Source: Squalus acanthias
Lineage: Eukaryota
Length of the DNA: 64,000 nucleotides
Assembly: GCA_030390025.1 (NCBI GenBank)
Contig: CM059432.1
Coordinates: 12,400,001-12,464,000 of the forward strand
Direction: 5' to 3'
In this document: piece after piece, positions 25,545-38,432 of the stretch
Layout of the letters: the number at the start of each line of letters is the position of its first letter
Position numbering within the stretch: the first letter of the stretch is position 1
Program-made: the position numbers and the translations under genes
The notes under the pieces: generated by a model
What the model saw: the letters and a program-made list of their open reading frames with translations, nothing else
What the model was told of the DNA's origin: nothing
Database searches by the model: none

Positions 25545-27020
25545 TACAACAACAATTTTCATTTATGTAGCACCTTTCACTTCAATAAACGCCCCAATGC
25601 GCTTCACAAAAGTGTAATCAGGCAAAAAATTAACACTTGAGCCACAGAAGGAGATATTAGGAGGGGTGAATAAATTATTGGTCAAAGGGGCAGGTCTTAG
25701 AGGAGGAGAGAGAAGTGGATTGGCAGAGAGGTTTAGCATGGGAATTCCAAGGACTTAGACGGCTGAAGGCATGGCCATCAATGGTGGGGTAAAGGGAGTG
25801 AGGCTTGCGTAAGAGGCCGGAGTTGGAGAAACACAGAGTTCTCGGAGGGCTGGAGGATTCCAGAGGTTACAGACATAAGGAGAGGCAAAGCCATGAAGGG
25901 ATTTGAACACGAGTTCAGAATTTTAAATTTGAGGGGCTGGTGGACCGGAAGCCAGTGTAGGCCAGCGAGCACAGGGGTGGTGGGTAAGCAAGACTTGGTG
26001 TGGGATAGGATATGGGCAACAGCGTTTTGATGGGCTTAAGTTTAAGGAGGCTGGAGGATGGGAGGGCAGCCAAGAGAGCATTGGAATAGTGGAATCTCGC
26101 GGTAACAGAAGCATGGCTGAGGCAGGGACAGTGACGGATGATGTTACGGAGGTGTTTGTGATGGAGAAGATATGGGATTGGAAGCTCAGCTTGGAGTCAC
26201 ATCGGATGATGAGGTTTGTACAGTCTAGTTTAACCTGTGACAGTGGCTGGTGAGGGGGATGGAAATGCTGAGGGAATGAAGATTGTTGGGGGGTGGGGGT
26301 GCCAAGACAATCTAGGATTGGATGTCGGACAGGTAAACTGACAACAATGAGACAGCGGAGGAGTCGAAAGAGGTGGCAGAAAGGTAGAGCTGGGTGTCGT
26401 ACTCCAAATGTGAAACCTGACGCCATGTCTTCGGATGATGTAATTGAGGGGGTCACATGTAGATGAGGAATAGGAGGGAGCCAAGAATAGTTCATTAGGA
26501 GACTCCAGAGGCAACAGTGTGGGGAAGGGCAGGAAGAGAAGCCATTGCAAGTGACTGGAAGCACTCAGCAGGCCAGGCAGCATCCGTGGAGAGAGCTCTC
26601 TCCACAGATGCTGCCTGGCCTACTGAGTGCTTCCAGCATTTTCTGTTGTTATTTCAGATTTCCAGCATCCGCAGTATTTTGCTATTATACATTGCAAGTG
26701 ATTCTCTGGCTACAATTGGATTGGTAAGAATGGAACCAAGTGAGGGAGGTCCCACTCATATGGACAATGAAGGAGGAGCTGGAGGAGGATGGGGTGGTCG
26801 ACTGTGTCTAAGGCTGCAGTATTGTCGGGAAGGATGAGGAGGGATAGTACACCACGGTCACAGTCGCAGAGGATGTCATTGGTGACTTTGATTAGGGCCG
26901 TTTCCGTGCTGCGGCGGGGTGGAAACCCGAATGGAGGTTCAAACATGGAGTTGCGGAAAGGACGGGCACGGATTTGCGAGGAATGGGAGGTTGGTGATGG
27001 GGCGGTAGTTTGCAAGGTCA
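25545..27020 (-). mobile_element. Degenerate L2 LINE (RT to 3' end)
   Basis: STETALIKVTNDIL...DTVDHPILL; LAGLHWLPV; L2 tail near 25550. Confidence 0.85.
26555..26689. mobile_element. PLE family A fold-back inserted in L2
   Basis: Palindrome centred on gagagagctctctc; TSD CATTGCAAGTGA at 26543-26554 and 26690-26701. Confidence 0.85.
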
Positions 27021-27504
27021 GATACAAGAGACCGTGGGTAAGGCAACAGCTGAAGAAAAAAATAAAACCACTTAGAATTATATCCGTTCTACTTGTATAA
27101 AAACAATAGGTTAAAGAAATTCAGGATCTGCATGATTGCAAATGTGTTGGAGCAACACATTTTTCTTTTTCCCTGCTTTGCTTTCTTTAGGTCCCCCTGC
27201 ACCAGACGCAACATTCACCAGCCAAGGAGGCCTGTAGGTGTTAGTTCCAATTGTGTGCCAATGGCCCTATCCAGCTGGCTACTAGTAAGTGCCCAAAACA
27301 TCTTGGCTAATTTTTTAAAATACCATATACATCTAAACTTATAAATTACTTCAGGCAACTAGTCAGTACAGATGTATTGTTAAAAAAAACAGGCATGCAC
27401 ACATATTTAAAACCTACTAATTGTTCATTGCTGAACTAATAGCGCCATTCATCATTGAACCAACATGGAGAACAGTGAATAGAATGCCATGTATTCAATC
27501 TACA

Positions 27505-28410
27505 TGGTTGTTGGAGGTCAATCATCTCAGCCCCAGGACATCGCTGCAGGAGTTCCTCGGCCCAAACATTTTCAGCTGCTTCATCAATGAGCTTTCCTCT
27601 ATCATAAGGTCAGAAGTGGGGACGTTCGCTGATGACTGCACAGTGTTCAGTTCCATTCGCAATTCCTCAGATAATGAAGCAGTCCATGCCCGCATGCAGC
27701 AAGACGTGGACGACATTCAGGCTTGGGCTGGTAAGTGGCAGGTAACATTCATGCCACACAAGTGCCAAGCAATGACCATCTCCTACAAGCGAGAGTCTAA
27801 CCACCGCCCCTTGACATTCAACGGTATTACCATCGCCGAATCCCCCACCATCAACATCCTGGGGGCCACCATTGACCAGAAACTTAACTGGACCTGCCAC
27901 ATGGTGTCAAGCTTGGGTGTGCAGGGTACAACTTCAAAATTTGTAGATGACACAAAACTTGGAAGTATAGTGAACTGTGAGGAGAATAGTGATAGACTTC
28001 AAGAGGACACAGACAGGCTGATGGGCAGACAAAATTTAACGCGGAAAAGTGCAAAGTGATACATTTTGGTAGGAAGAATGAGGAGACGCAATATAAACTA
28101 AAGGGTACAATTCTAAAAGGGGTGCATGAACAGAGAGACCTGGGGGTATATGTGTGCAAATGCACCACCTCCAAGTTCCCCTCCAAGTTACACACTATCC
28201 TGATTTGGAAATATAATCGCCGATCCTTCATCGTCGCTGGGTCAAAATCCTGGAACTCCCTGCCTAACAGCACTGTGGGAGTACCTTCACCACACGGACT
28301 GCAGCGGTTCAAGAAGGCTGCTCACCACCACCTTCTCAAGGGCGATTAGGGATGGGCAATAAATGCTGGCCTTGCCAGCGACGCCCACATCCCATGAACA
28401 AATTTAAAAA
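27505..28410 (+). mobile_element. CR1 family B RT/3' end with an internal segment of another CR1
   Basis: FADDCTV RT motif, then a second SKFVDDTKLG motif, then the family-B tail. Confidence 0.8.
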
Positions 28411-29319
28411 ACTTAAGATTTTGTAAAGCATAATAGTATAACGTTGAGTGCGTGAAGTTTAAACTATGTTTATTCAAACTGTGAAAAAGACCCAGTAGTA
28501 CAGTTAGATTATAGATTTTGCCCTTCCAAGTATGGATAATGTCTGTGGAGTACTCTGAGCTGCAAAAACACTGGGGTAAACTGCTGGTGGCTAGAGCCAT
28601 CACTAGCGATGACTGCGGTGGGAGCAATCTGAGGTAATGAATTAAGAGCACAATAGCAGCAAAATCACACAGCACTGAAGAGTACTGGCTTCACTGGTGA
28701 CTTTTCTTGTAGTTTATCTGTACCAATGCACTAAATAAACCTCGTGACATTTTTAAGAGGCATTCCGATTAAACCAAATAGAGCCACATGTCATGTGCCT
28801 TTATTCAGAGGCACTCGGTCCAAAGCAAAACAAATGATATTCGGTCACATTGTTAAACCTTTAAATCCGATAATATATAGACACGGAAGCCCACCTTACC
28901 CCGGAGTTCAAGGCTGTTTATCGAGTTTTCAGGAAATGTGACTAAACCTGGGAGTGGCAAATTTACTCATCTGCCTCACATTCATGCAAGTTTTGATGTT
29001 AATACTATCACCGTTGATGGATTAAGGATTGATGAAGCTGTCGATATATACTCTTAAGATGACTAGTTTGTGTTGCATCAAGGTGTGCCTAGTTGCCTGA
29101 ATTCAGACATACAACTAGCTAAGTTACCTTATGACTAACTTTGGAAACGATCCCGGCCTTTTCAGCTTTGTCACAGATACTGACAAGGGAAGAATCGATA
29201 ATCAAATATACAAGGTTTAACCGGGAAAACCAATGCCAATTGAGTCACTTTCTTGCCAACCTAGCCTTATTGTTGAATATCCAATTTACAGCTACAAACA
29301 GGATTGGAATGTATAAATC

Positions 29320-29708
29320 ATTCAATTCGTTCACGGGATGTGGGCGTCGCTGACAGCAAGGCCAGCATTTATTGCCCATCCCCCTAATTGCCCTTGAGTG
29401 GCTTGCTGGGCCCTTTCAGAGTCAACCACATTGCTGTGGGTCTGGAGTCTCATATCGGCCAGACCGGGTAAGGACGGCAGATTTCCTTCCCTAAAAGGAC
29501 ATTAGTGAACCAGATGGGTTTTTATGACAATCCAGTAGTTTCATGGTTGCCATTACTGATACTAGCTTTTTAATTCCAGATTTATTTAATTAACTGAATT
29601 TAAATTCCCCCAGCTGCCGTGGTGGGACTTGAACTCTTGTCTCCGGATTATTCGTCCAGGCCTCTGGATTACTAGCCCAGTGACATTACCACTACGCTAC
29701 CGTTCCCA
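29320..29708 (-). mobile_element. tRNA-derived SINE with CR1-family-B tail
   Basis: Reverse complement of the 52214 copy. Confidence 0.8.
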
Positions 29709-30298
29709 CGATTATTGCCCTATTTCTGTACAATCCACCTTGATGGGATGACAGATGTCACTCTTCACTTTTCCTGGTGGTACCGAAAACAGCCACTGAC
29801 GAGGCAGTGACCAGTCATTCCCACCACCCTCCCACCCCACAATCTGCCAAGTGTAACAGTTTAACTCGCACTTACCCGTTTTCTGACTGTCGTAAAAATT
29901 CTGGCAGAGAACAGGTTCAATTTTCCTCCTTACAGGCGCAACCAGACTCCTTGCAGTTATGACTGTACGCTCCTCCAGACTGACGATGTATCAGAGAGAA
30001 TCTTTTACACTGACCTCCGTTTAACAGCTCTCTAAACGACAGCACCTAACGGCCGTGTAGCGCCCCCCTTCCGCACTAGCCTAGATTATGTACGGAAGGC
30101 TCTGAAGTGGAGCTTGAGCTCGTAAGCTTCTGACTCAAGAGGTAAGAGTGCAAACACTAACCCAAAGGAAGCACTGCACCATATTGGCAACACTGGGAAG
30201 CAACATGTCTTTGGCCAATCAGGTCGACGACAGCCACTTCTTTTGGCCATTGCTTTCACCCTCTTGCCGTTAAAATTGTCATGTACCATAAATTGACC

Positions 30299-30766
30299 TC
30301 GGCCTCTTACACTGTTCCAACGAAGCTCAACGTAAGCTCGAGGAACAGCACCTCATCTTTCTATTAGGCACTTTACAGCCTTCTGGACTCAACATCGAGT
30401 TCAACAATTTCAGACTATAAATTGGCCCCTGTAGTTCTTTAAAAAATTTTCTCTTGTTTCCTCACATGGTAGCTGTTAATGTTGCTGCCGTCATCATTCA
30501 CACTCATCTTGAGCCATCTTTTGTTTCTTAACTTGTCCCATTGCCTTTTGCCTTGCACTATCATCCCTGTTGTCATTCAATCTCTCCTGCCTTCCATCCC
30601 ATCACAGACCTTCCCTTTGTTCTTTCCTCCCCTCCTCCGCTTAAAAATCTCTCCTCCCTAACCTTTTCCAGTTCGGACGAAGGGTTCGACCCGAAACGTT
30701 GACTCTGTTTCGCCTCTCCTCGATGCTGCCTGACCTGCTCAGTGTTTCCAGCACTTTCTGTTGTTA
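30299..30766 (+). mobile_element. PLE family A: GIY-YIG C-terminus, 3' UTR and mutated hammerhead
   Basis: Encodes GLLHCSNEAQRKLEEQHLIFLLGTLQPSGLNIEFNNFRL*; TSD TACCATAAATTGACC at 30284-30298 and 30767-30781; core reads CGGACGA at 30674. Confidence 0.88.
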
Positions 30767-31029
30767 TACCATAAATTGACCATTTAGCGACCAGAGTCGG
30801 TGAACACCCCAAAGGACGGAGCCATTTCAGAAAGCGGAGATACTATAAATCAGGTCTAAGCAGCAATTGTAGGATAAAGTTCACTTTTCCAAATGTCACA
30901 TAACGTGCTCTGGGCAAATAGGTAACAGTTAACGTAGAGGGCGAGGCGGAACAGTCAGGACTTTGCATATCCCAGCACAGTAACCAGTGCGGCACTTATT
31001 TGGAGTTAGGAAAACTATGAACAAATGAT

Positions 31030-31256
31030 AGCAAAATACTGCGGATGCTGGAAATCTGAAATAACAACAGAAAACGCTGGAAAAACTCAGCAGGCCAGGC
31101 AGCATCCGTGGAGAGAGAAACAGAGTTAACGTTTCAGGTCGAAGACCTTTCATCAGAACTCTGACGAAAGGTCTTCGACCTGAAACGTTAACTCTGTTTC
31201 TCTCTCCACGGATGCTGCCTGGCCTGCTGAGTTTTTCCAGCGTTTTCTGTTGTTAT
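31030..31256. mobile_element. PLE family A fold-back with back-to-back hammerheads
   Basis: ~96-bp near-perfect inverted arms around AACT; TSD TATGAACAAATGAT at 31016-31029 and 31257-31270. Confidence 0.9.
31121..31163 (-). ncRNA. Hammerhead ribozyme motif with 7-bp stem I
   Basis: cagagtt-CTGATGA-A-AGGTC-TTC-GACCT-GAAA-CGT-T-aactctg; second core on the + strand at 31161-31196. Confidence 0.75.
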
Positions 31257-32166
31257 TATGAACAAATGATGTTCACGCTGCTCAAACGCTCTACTTTCCA
31301 CTTCCCAAACACTAATCCAAGGTATAACAGCACCAGAATACACACTGTAGTTCCCCCGCCCCCCACCCCCCACCCCCCCCGGCCAAATAGATGAATCATC
31401 AATTTTCGGGCAATGTTGAAACGCAGCGTGCTGCAGCTCCGACTCGCTTGTCCTGACGCACCGTTCAGCTGTATCGCTGAGTATAGGCATTTATCCACTG
31501 CGAGGATCGAAGGAATAAAACAGTCATCCCGGCTGCCCTTGGTGCACTCTCTCGTGGCCAGCTGGATAGCAGCACTGGCACAGAGCTGGGAGCGACACCT
31601 GCCCAGGTGCCTTGGCTAGAGAATGTTACGCGTGGTACAGGGAAACTCGGGGAGGAGAGAACTGAAATTAAACGGCTTATTTATTTTTTAAATCCTAGAG
31701 CGGTACAGGTGCACTAATAGGATCTTACCCAGTTACACTCGCTGCACATGAGAAAACCTCTTACCCAATTACACACAGAACAATAGGCAGTGACTGCCTG
31801 ACAAAAGTGGATGCACTTCCATGTTGGTCTAGAGCCAGCATATGTATGAATGGTGGTTTGCGGCTTTTAAAAAAAAACATATATAAAACTTTTGTTTATG
31901 CTCATCATGGTGACAGATGTTGGCGCTGGGGAACTGAACACTTTCCATTTTGGATACCCAAACCCTGATTTTCTGGCATGTTTAACACATTCATCTGAAA
32001 TTCCTCTTCCGACTATTTTAGCGGAGGCATTATTGGTTTATTTTAATAGAGTTAAAATAGCAGAGAGAGGAATTTCAGATGAACATGTTAGGTGTTCTTT
32101 TGCTAGTATCCCATGGTGTACTATCAGGGCTCCACTGTCAGCACCGAGTGCTCCAAGGTCAGATAT

Positions 32167-32636
32167 AAAAGAAAAAGAAAGAACTTGCATTTATATAGCG
32201 CCTTTCACGACCACAGGACATCCCAAAGCGCTTTACAGCCATTTTTGGAGTGTAGTCACTGTTGTAATGTAGGAAACGCGGCAGCCAATTTGCGCACAGC
32301 AAGCTCCCACAAACAGCAATGTGATAATGACCAAATTACCTGTTTTAGTGATGTTGATTGAGGGATAAATATTGGCCAGGACACCGGGGCCAACTCCCCA
32401 GCTCTGCTTTGAAATAGTGCCGTGAGATCTTTTACGTCCACCCGAGAGAGCAGACGGGGCCCTCGGTTTAACGTCTCATCCGAAAGACGGCGCCTCCGAC
32501 AGCGCAGCGCTCCCTCAGCACTGCACTGGGAGTGTCAGCCTAGATTTTTGTGCTCAAGCCTCTAGAGTGGGCTTTGAACCCACAACCCTCTGACTCAAGA
32601 GGCGAGAGTGCGACCCACTGAGGCACGGCTGACACC
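32167..32636 (-). mobile_element. SacSINE1-like SINE, full length
   Basis: tRNA head, body and L2 tail. Confidence 0.88.
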
Positions 32637-33075
32637 TTATCGGACCGGGCCTAAATGCAACGGCAGGGTATAGCGTCTCTGTGGGTCATTGTATCTGGGC
32701 ACCCTTCTGGTGAGCCAGGAGGAGAATGAGGCGAGAGAGCTGGGAATCCCTCTTCTGCCTCATTTCAATCCCTGCACTTCTTGTAAGCATAAGACATTCT
32801 GCCCCCACCCCTGAGTAAACCATGGAAATCCCAGGGCAACACAAAGGGTGGGGGGGTGGGGGGGGGGAGAAAGAGGTCTGCCATCACAGGTCTCTAACCC
32901 TTTTTCCATCTTTTGCACCTGGATGTTCCCCCTCAGCACCGGAGAAGAATATCAGGGCATAACGTCCACGGTGATTTTAATTAAGACAATGAAACGTGTA
33001 AAAAGATTTGTCACCGGAAGTACAAGGAGCAATTTAGTAAATTTTGGTATTTCCATGCACATATATTTTACATAA

Positions 33076-33243
33076 CTACAGAAAATGCTGGAAACACTCA
33101 GCAGGTCAGGCAGCATCGTGGAGAGAGAGAAACAGAGTCAATGTTTCAGGTCGATGACCCTTCGTCAGAACTGGAATGAGTTGGAGAAGTAAAAGATATT
33201 TAAGCAAGTGTGGGGCAGGGAAAGGGGGGAGAGGGGGGAAAGA
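33076..33243 (-). mobile_element. PLE family A 3' UTR fragment with hammerhead (33136-33172, helix III mutated)
   Basis: Approximate TSD atatttta(c/t)ataa at 33063-33075 and 33244-33256. Confidence 0.8.
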
Positions 33244-33701
33244 ATATTTTATATAAATTTGTTTGGCAACTGAAGTCTACACTAACTGATCATTAGGCTC
33301 GAGTGGAGCATCACGCCAGCATGGACTGGCTGGGCCGAATGGCCTCTTTCTGTGCCGTATATCCTATGTAAGTACAATGCTCTGAAGAAGAAAATATTGC
33401 CAGAAGCACAAACCAAGGACCCAACCAAAAACAAACATGCCTCAAGAACTTAAAGCAAATAGAAAATAATTTGGCGCAATATTTATGTGCAGTTATGTGC
33501 ATTACTATAATGTAACAAAGATTTTGATGTTAAACATTGCTTACATTGAGTTTAATATTGCCAGGTGCTTAAATAGATGGTGTACAGGTAAAATCCAGCT
33601 CATTAGTGTCGATATGTTGCCCACTAGGGAGCTTCTGCAAGGTTCTTTGAGATGCTGTCCACAGTAAGGAGCACTGTAGAAATATATAGGAAGGATATGT
33701 T

Positions 33702-33906
33702 CAGCAGGTCAGGCAGCATCTGTGGAGAGAGAAACAGAGTTAACGTTTCAGGTCGATGACCTTTCGTCAGAACTCTGACGAAGGGTCATCGACCTGAAAC
33801 GTTAACTCTGTTTCTCTCTCCACAGATGCTGCCTGACCTGCTGAGTATTTCCAGCATTTTCTCTTTTTATTTCAGATTTCCAGCATCCGCAGTATTTTGC
33901 TTTTGT
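33702..33906. mobile_element. PLE family A fold-back with back-to-back hammerheads, inserted in a CR1 tail
   Basis: Inverted arms around AACT (33771-33774); TSD GGAAGGATATGTT at 33689-33701 and 33907-33919. Confidence 0.9.
33735..33777 (-). ncRNA. Hammerhead ribozyme motif with 7-bp stem I
   Basis: cagagtt-CTGACGA-A-AGGTC-ATC-GACCT-GAAA-CGT-T-aactctg; second core on the + strand from 33775. Confidence 0.75.
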
Positions 33907-35184
33907 GGAAGGATATGTTGATAGGGTTAGATGAAGTAGGGTGGGAGGAGGCTCGTGTGGAACATAAAACATGGACCAGCTGGGCTGAATGGCCTGTTTC
34001 TGTGCTGTAAACTCTGTGTAATTCTATGTAATTTCAATATACTCAACTTCACCTTGTAGCAACATCAGATTGTAAAACCCTCAATCTCTGCTTGTAAAAG
34101 TTGCTGCCCTGGTAAGACAGTTATTTTGAAGTGCTGTGTCACAAGTGTGAACCAACAGCAATGACAAGCTACTCAATTGCGCACTCTCATATTTTAATTT
34201 TACAACGTAATGAGGAACCTTGTACCACACTGCAGGATAAAGAGACAACCTTGTAATACCTAGTAGATCTCACGGATGCAATCTCAATTTATTGTGCTTC
34301 ATCACGACCCCTGCCTAACCATAATTATCTAACCCTCTCATCCAGTTAGGAAACCATACCAGCAATAGTAGAAAAATAGGAATCCAAACTTCAAAACTCT
34401 GCCGAAGCCACCATCCTGTGAGATAAACCTCACCGTACAAATACAAATTAAACCAGAGGCAGCTTAAGTGACAGAAACCGGCTATCTACGAGTGGGTACT
34501 GCTGACTATATTGCAGCTTATGTGCTTATTGAAGATTACTAGTCACTAGATAGTGATCCGAAGTGGGAATCCAGCCCTTTTTTCCCCCCCTTTCCTAACC
34601 CACAGCCACTGAAGCTAATTGTAGCATCTTCCCACCACCACCACCACCCTGACTGAGATCTGGAAGCTCAGCAAAGATTGGGAATGGAACCGGGAACCTT
34701 CCTGGTCTGTGCGGCTCAGCTATGCACGGGATAAATTCACTGAGCAAGCTGTAACTCTATCCGTATCAGTCATTAACTAACTTAGTACAAAATCCAACTC
34801 TCCTGTTTTCCGTATTGGAACACACCAAAAATAAATTGAACCATACATGATTAGGAACCAGTAAAGTGATTACTTAACTCATCCTCTCATTTGTGAGTTA
34901 TTTGTTTTTTCATTCGCAATAACTCTTTTTAATCAACCACTGCCCAACCATGCTAAACGCTACCTCCAGACAGTAAAGGCTGCAAAGGTTTTATTACGCT
35001 GAGTCACTCTACAGGGTTGCCTCAGACAGTTTGTTCAGCAACCATCCAGTAAACCATCGGAAGTAATTGGGCGAAAACGAGACCTGCGACCAAATTACAA
35101 AAGTCCCCACCGGCACTTCCTCCTCGAGGTCTAAGTTGCACAGCATAAAGCTTAGTCACGACTTACTCACACATAAACCAATTT

Positions 35185-35752
35185 ATAGAATCAATCACAA
35201 AGGAGGCCATTCGACCCATCGAGTCTGCGCCGGCTCTTTCGAAGAGCAATCCAAGTTAGTCCCACTCCCCCGGCTCTTTCCCCATTTTCCTGCAATTTTT
35301 TCTCCTTCAAGTATTTATCCAATTCCCTGTTAAGGCTACTATTGAATCTGTATCCACCGCCCTATCAGGCAGCGCATTCCAAATCCAAACCACTCGCTGC
35401 GTAAAAAAGTTTCCCCCTCATGTCGCCTCTGGTTCTTTTGCCAATCACCTTAAATCTGTGCCCTCTGGTTATCGACCCTTCAGCCATTGCAAACCCTTCA
35501 TGGTTTTAAACACCTCTATCAAATCTCCTCTTAGCCTTCTCTGCTCTAAGGAGAACAACCCCAGCTTCTCTAGTCTGTCGATGTAACTGTAATCCCTTTT
35601 CCCTGGACCCATTCTAGTAAATCTCTTCTGTACCCTCTCCAAAGCCTTCACGTCCTTCATAAAGTGTGGCACCCAGAATTGGATACAATACTCCAGCTGG
35701 GGCCAAACTAGTATTTTATATAGGTTTAGCATAACTTCCTGGCTTCTGTACC
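35185..35752 (-). mobile_element. CR1 3' end
   Basis: LYKILVWPQLEYC...RRLRGDLIE. Confidence 0.85.
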
Positions 35753-36375
35753 ACTTTGAAGCAATTTTGAAATATAATAGTTAGAGCACCAATTTTGGAA
35801 GTTTCGCTGAACCAGAAAGGCATATTCTGATAGAGTCCATACTAACTTTGGAACTGGACTCTCTGAAGTGCAGAACTTGGACACGGTCTAGCTTCGACGT
35901 CTCCAGGTTTACTAGGAGTGCCACTCTGACTAACAAGGCATTACAAGGCTTGAGCCTGAACCAATATATGAGTGGTTTTGCTGAAATTGATGAAGGTAGC
36001 GTTCAATAGCAGAGAAAAAAGACGGAACAATGGCCAAAATGTAACTGGCTGAGAAACAGGGGTGTCCACCATTCAACTGGATTTGGTGGACCTTCAGCGG
36101 CAGATATGTCCTCCGCTCCAAGAAGGCTTCTTGTGTACCCATGCTGACGAGACATGCATCCATGTCTCAAGCTGACACCATCACTGGATATCCAATTTAC
36201 AGACTTCATGCAAACCATGAACTTAGCATCTGAGCACATTATTGTCATAGTGCTGGGGCAGAGACTTTCCTTCAAACCAAACTCCTTAAACCTGCATGGT
36301 TTGTCCCATTTGGAGAGAGAGATGTTCTACCTATACAAGCACATCAGTCAGTTCTCTTCTGCACCCTGTGTTTGG

Positions 36376-37820
36376 AACATAGGAACAGGAGTAAGTTATT
36401 CAGCCCCTCCAGCCTGTGCTGCCATTCAATTAGATCATGGCTAATCAGTATCTTAACTCCATCTGCCCACAACTGTTCCGTAACCCTTAATACCATTACC
36501 TAAAAAAAAAAATCTATCAATCTCAGTTTTGAAATTTTCAATTGACCCCTAGCCTCAACAGCCTTTTGGGGAAGAGAGTTTCAGATTTCCACTACCCTTT
36601 GTGTGAAGAAGTGCTTCCTGACATCACCCCTGAATGGCCTCACGCTAACTATAAGGTTATGCCCTCTTGTTCTGGCCTCCCCCACCAGAGGAAATAGTTT
36701 CTCTCTATCTACCCCATCATATCCTTTAATCATCTTAAACTCCTCAATTAGCTCACCCCTTAATCTTCTAAACTCAAGGGACTACAAGGCTAGTCGATGC
36801 AACCTCAGAATTTAACCGTTATCATTCTGGTGAATCTCCGAGGCCAGTATATCCTTCCTGAGGTACGGTGCCCAGAACTGAACACAGTGCTCTAAATGGG
36901 GGTCTAACCAGAGCTTTATATATAACTAACATAAATTCCACCCCTCTGTATTCCAGCCCCCTCGAGATAAAGGCCAATCCACACTATTTACTATAAGAAA
37001 GAAAAGGAGAAGGAACAAGGGAAAGGAGGGAGGTTGGGAGGGAGGAAGGAAAGGAGGAAGACTTGCATTTATATCGTACCTTTCACAACCTCAGGACCCA
37101 AAGCGGTTTACAGCCAATGAAGTACTTTTTGACATGTTGCTATCTAGGAAACGTGGCACACAGCAAGATCCCACAAACAGCAATGTGATAACGACCAGAT
37201 AATCTGTTTTGAGTGAAGATGGTTAAGGAATAAATATTGGCCAGGACATCGGGGAAAACTCCCTTGCTCTTCTTTGAAATGGTGACATGAGATCTTTTAC
37301 GTCCACTAAGACACCTCATTTGGTGTCGTCAGCAAACTTGGATTGATCTTCCTTCATCTTAGTCACTTATAAATATAGTGAAAAGCTGAGGCCCCAGTAC
37401 AGATTCCTGGGGAACATCACTAGTCACATCCTGCCAATTGCAGTACATACCCATTATTCCTACCTCCTAACCAATTCTCCACCCGTGTCAATAGGTTGCC
37501 TCCAATTCCATGCGCTCTCATTTCTGTTAACAGTCTCTCATGTGGAACCTTATCAAATGCCTTCTGGAAGTCCATATAAATAATATCCATTGACACTCCC
37601 TTATCTACCACGTTAGTTACCTCCTCAAAAAATTCAACTAGGTTCGTTAGACATGACTTACCCGTTACAAATCCACGCTGGCTCTCCCTGATCAGTTCAT
37701 GTTTGCCCAAGTGCTCAATGACTACGTCCCTAATGATAGATTCTGGTAACTTCCCCACAACAGACGTTAAGACTAATGGGCCTATAATTTTCCTAATTTA
37801 TCTCTCCTACTCTTCTTAAA
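36376..37820 (-). mobile_element. CR1 fragments (3' end 36376-36980, RT 37310-37820) with a SINE fragment between (37060-37305)
   Basis: SCLTNLVEFFEEV...MDFQKAFDKVPH in ORF 37420-37758. Confidence 0.8.
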
Positions 37821-37969
37821 AGGGTTTGATAAAATTACTGTCACTTTTTTTTTACAAATTTCTAAATGAAACTTACAATAAGGAAACAGAGGCTAGATTG
37901 GAGGCCTAGATAAAGATGGCAGCGTACTGTGTTCATTTATCTTGGAAAGCGCACTGCTGTACTCGGTGC

Positions 37970-38432
37970 AAAAAAAGAAAGACTTTCATTTATATAGCGC
38001 CTTTCACAACAACCGGACGTCTCAAAGCGCTGTACAGCCAATGAAGTACTTTTTGAAGTGTAGTCGCTGTTGTAATGAAGGAAACACGGCAGCCAAATCT
38101 GCGCACAGCAAGCTCCCACAAACAGCAATGTGATAATGACCAGATAATCTGTTTTAGTGATGTTGATTGAGGGATAAATATTGGCCAGGATAACTCCCCT
38201 GCTCTTCTTTAAAATAGAATCATAGAAGATAGGAGCAGGAGTAGGCCATTCGGCCCCTCTAGCCTGCTCCGCCATTCAATGCGATCATGGCTGATCATCC
38301 AAATTCAGTACCCTGTCCCTGCTTTCTCCCCATATCCCTTGAATACTGCCATGGGATCATTTACGTCCACCTGAGAGAGCAGACAGGGACCTCGGTTTAA
38401 CGCCTCATCAGAAAGACGGCACCTCCGACAGC
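37970..38432 (-). mobile_element. SacSINE1-like SINE interrupted by a CR1 tail (~38214-38342)
   Basis: SINE body resumes after the insert (ctcttcttt...tgccatgggatc). Confidence 0.8.

Noticed and set aside
27421..28059. 212-aa RT ORF as a novel double-RT protein
   Set aside because: Chance in-frame fusion of two CR1 fragments
30670..30704. Active hammerhead
   Set aside because: Core mutated to CGGACGA; counted only as a homologous remnant
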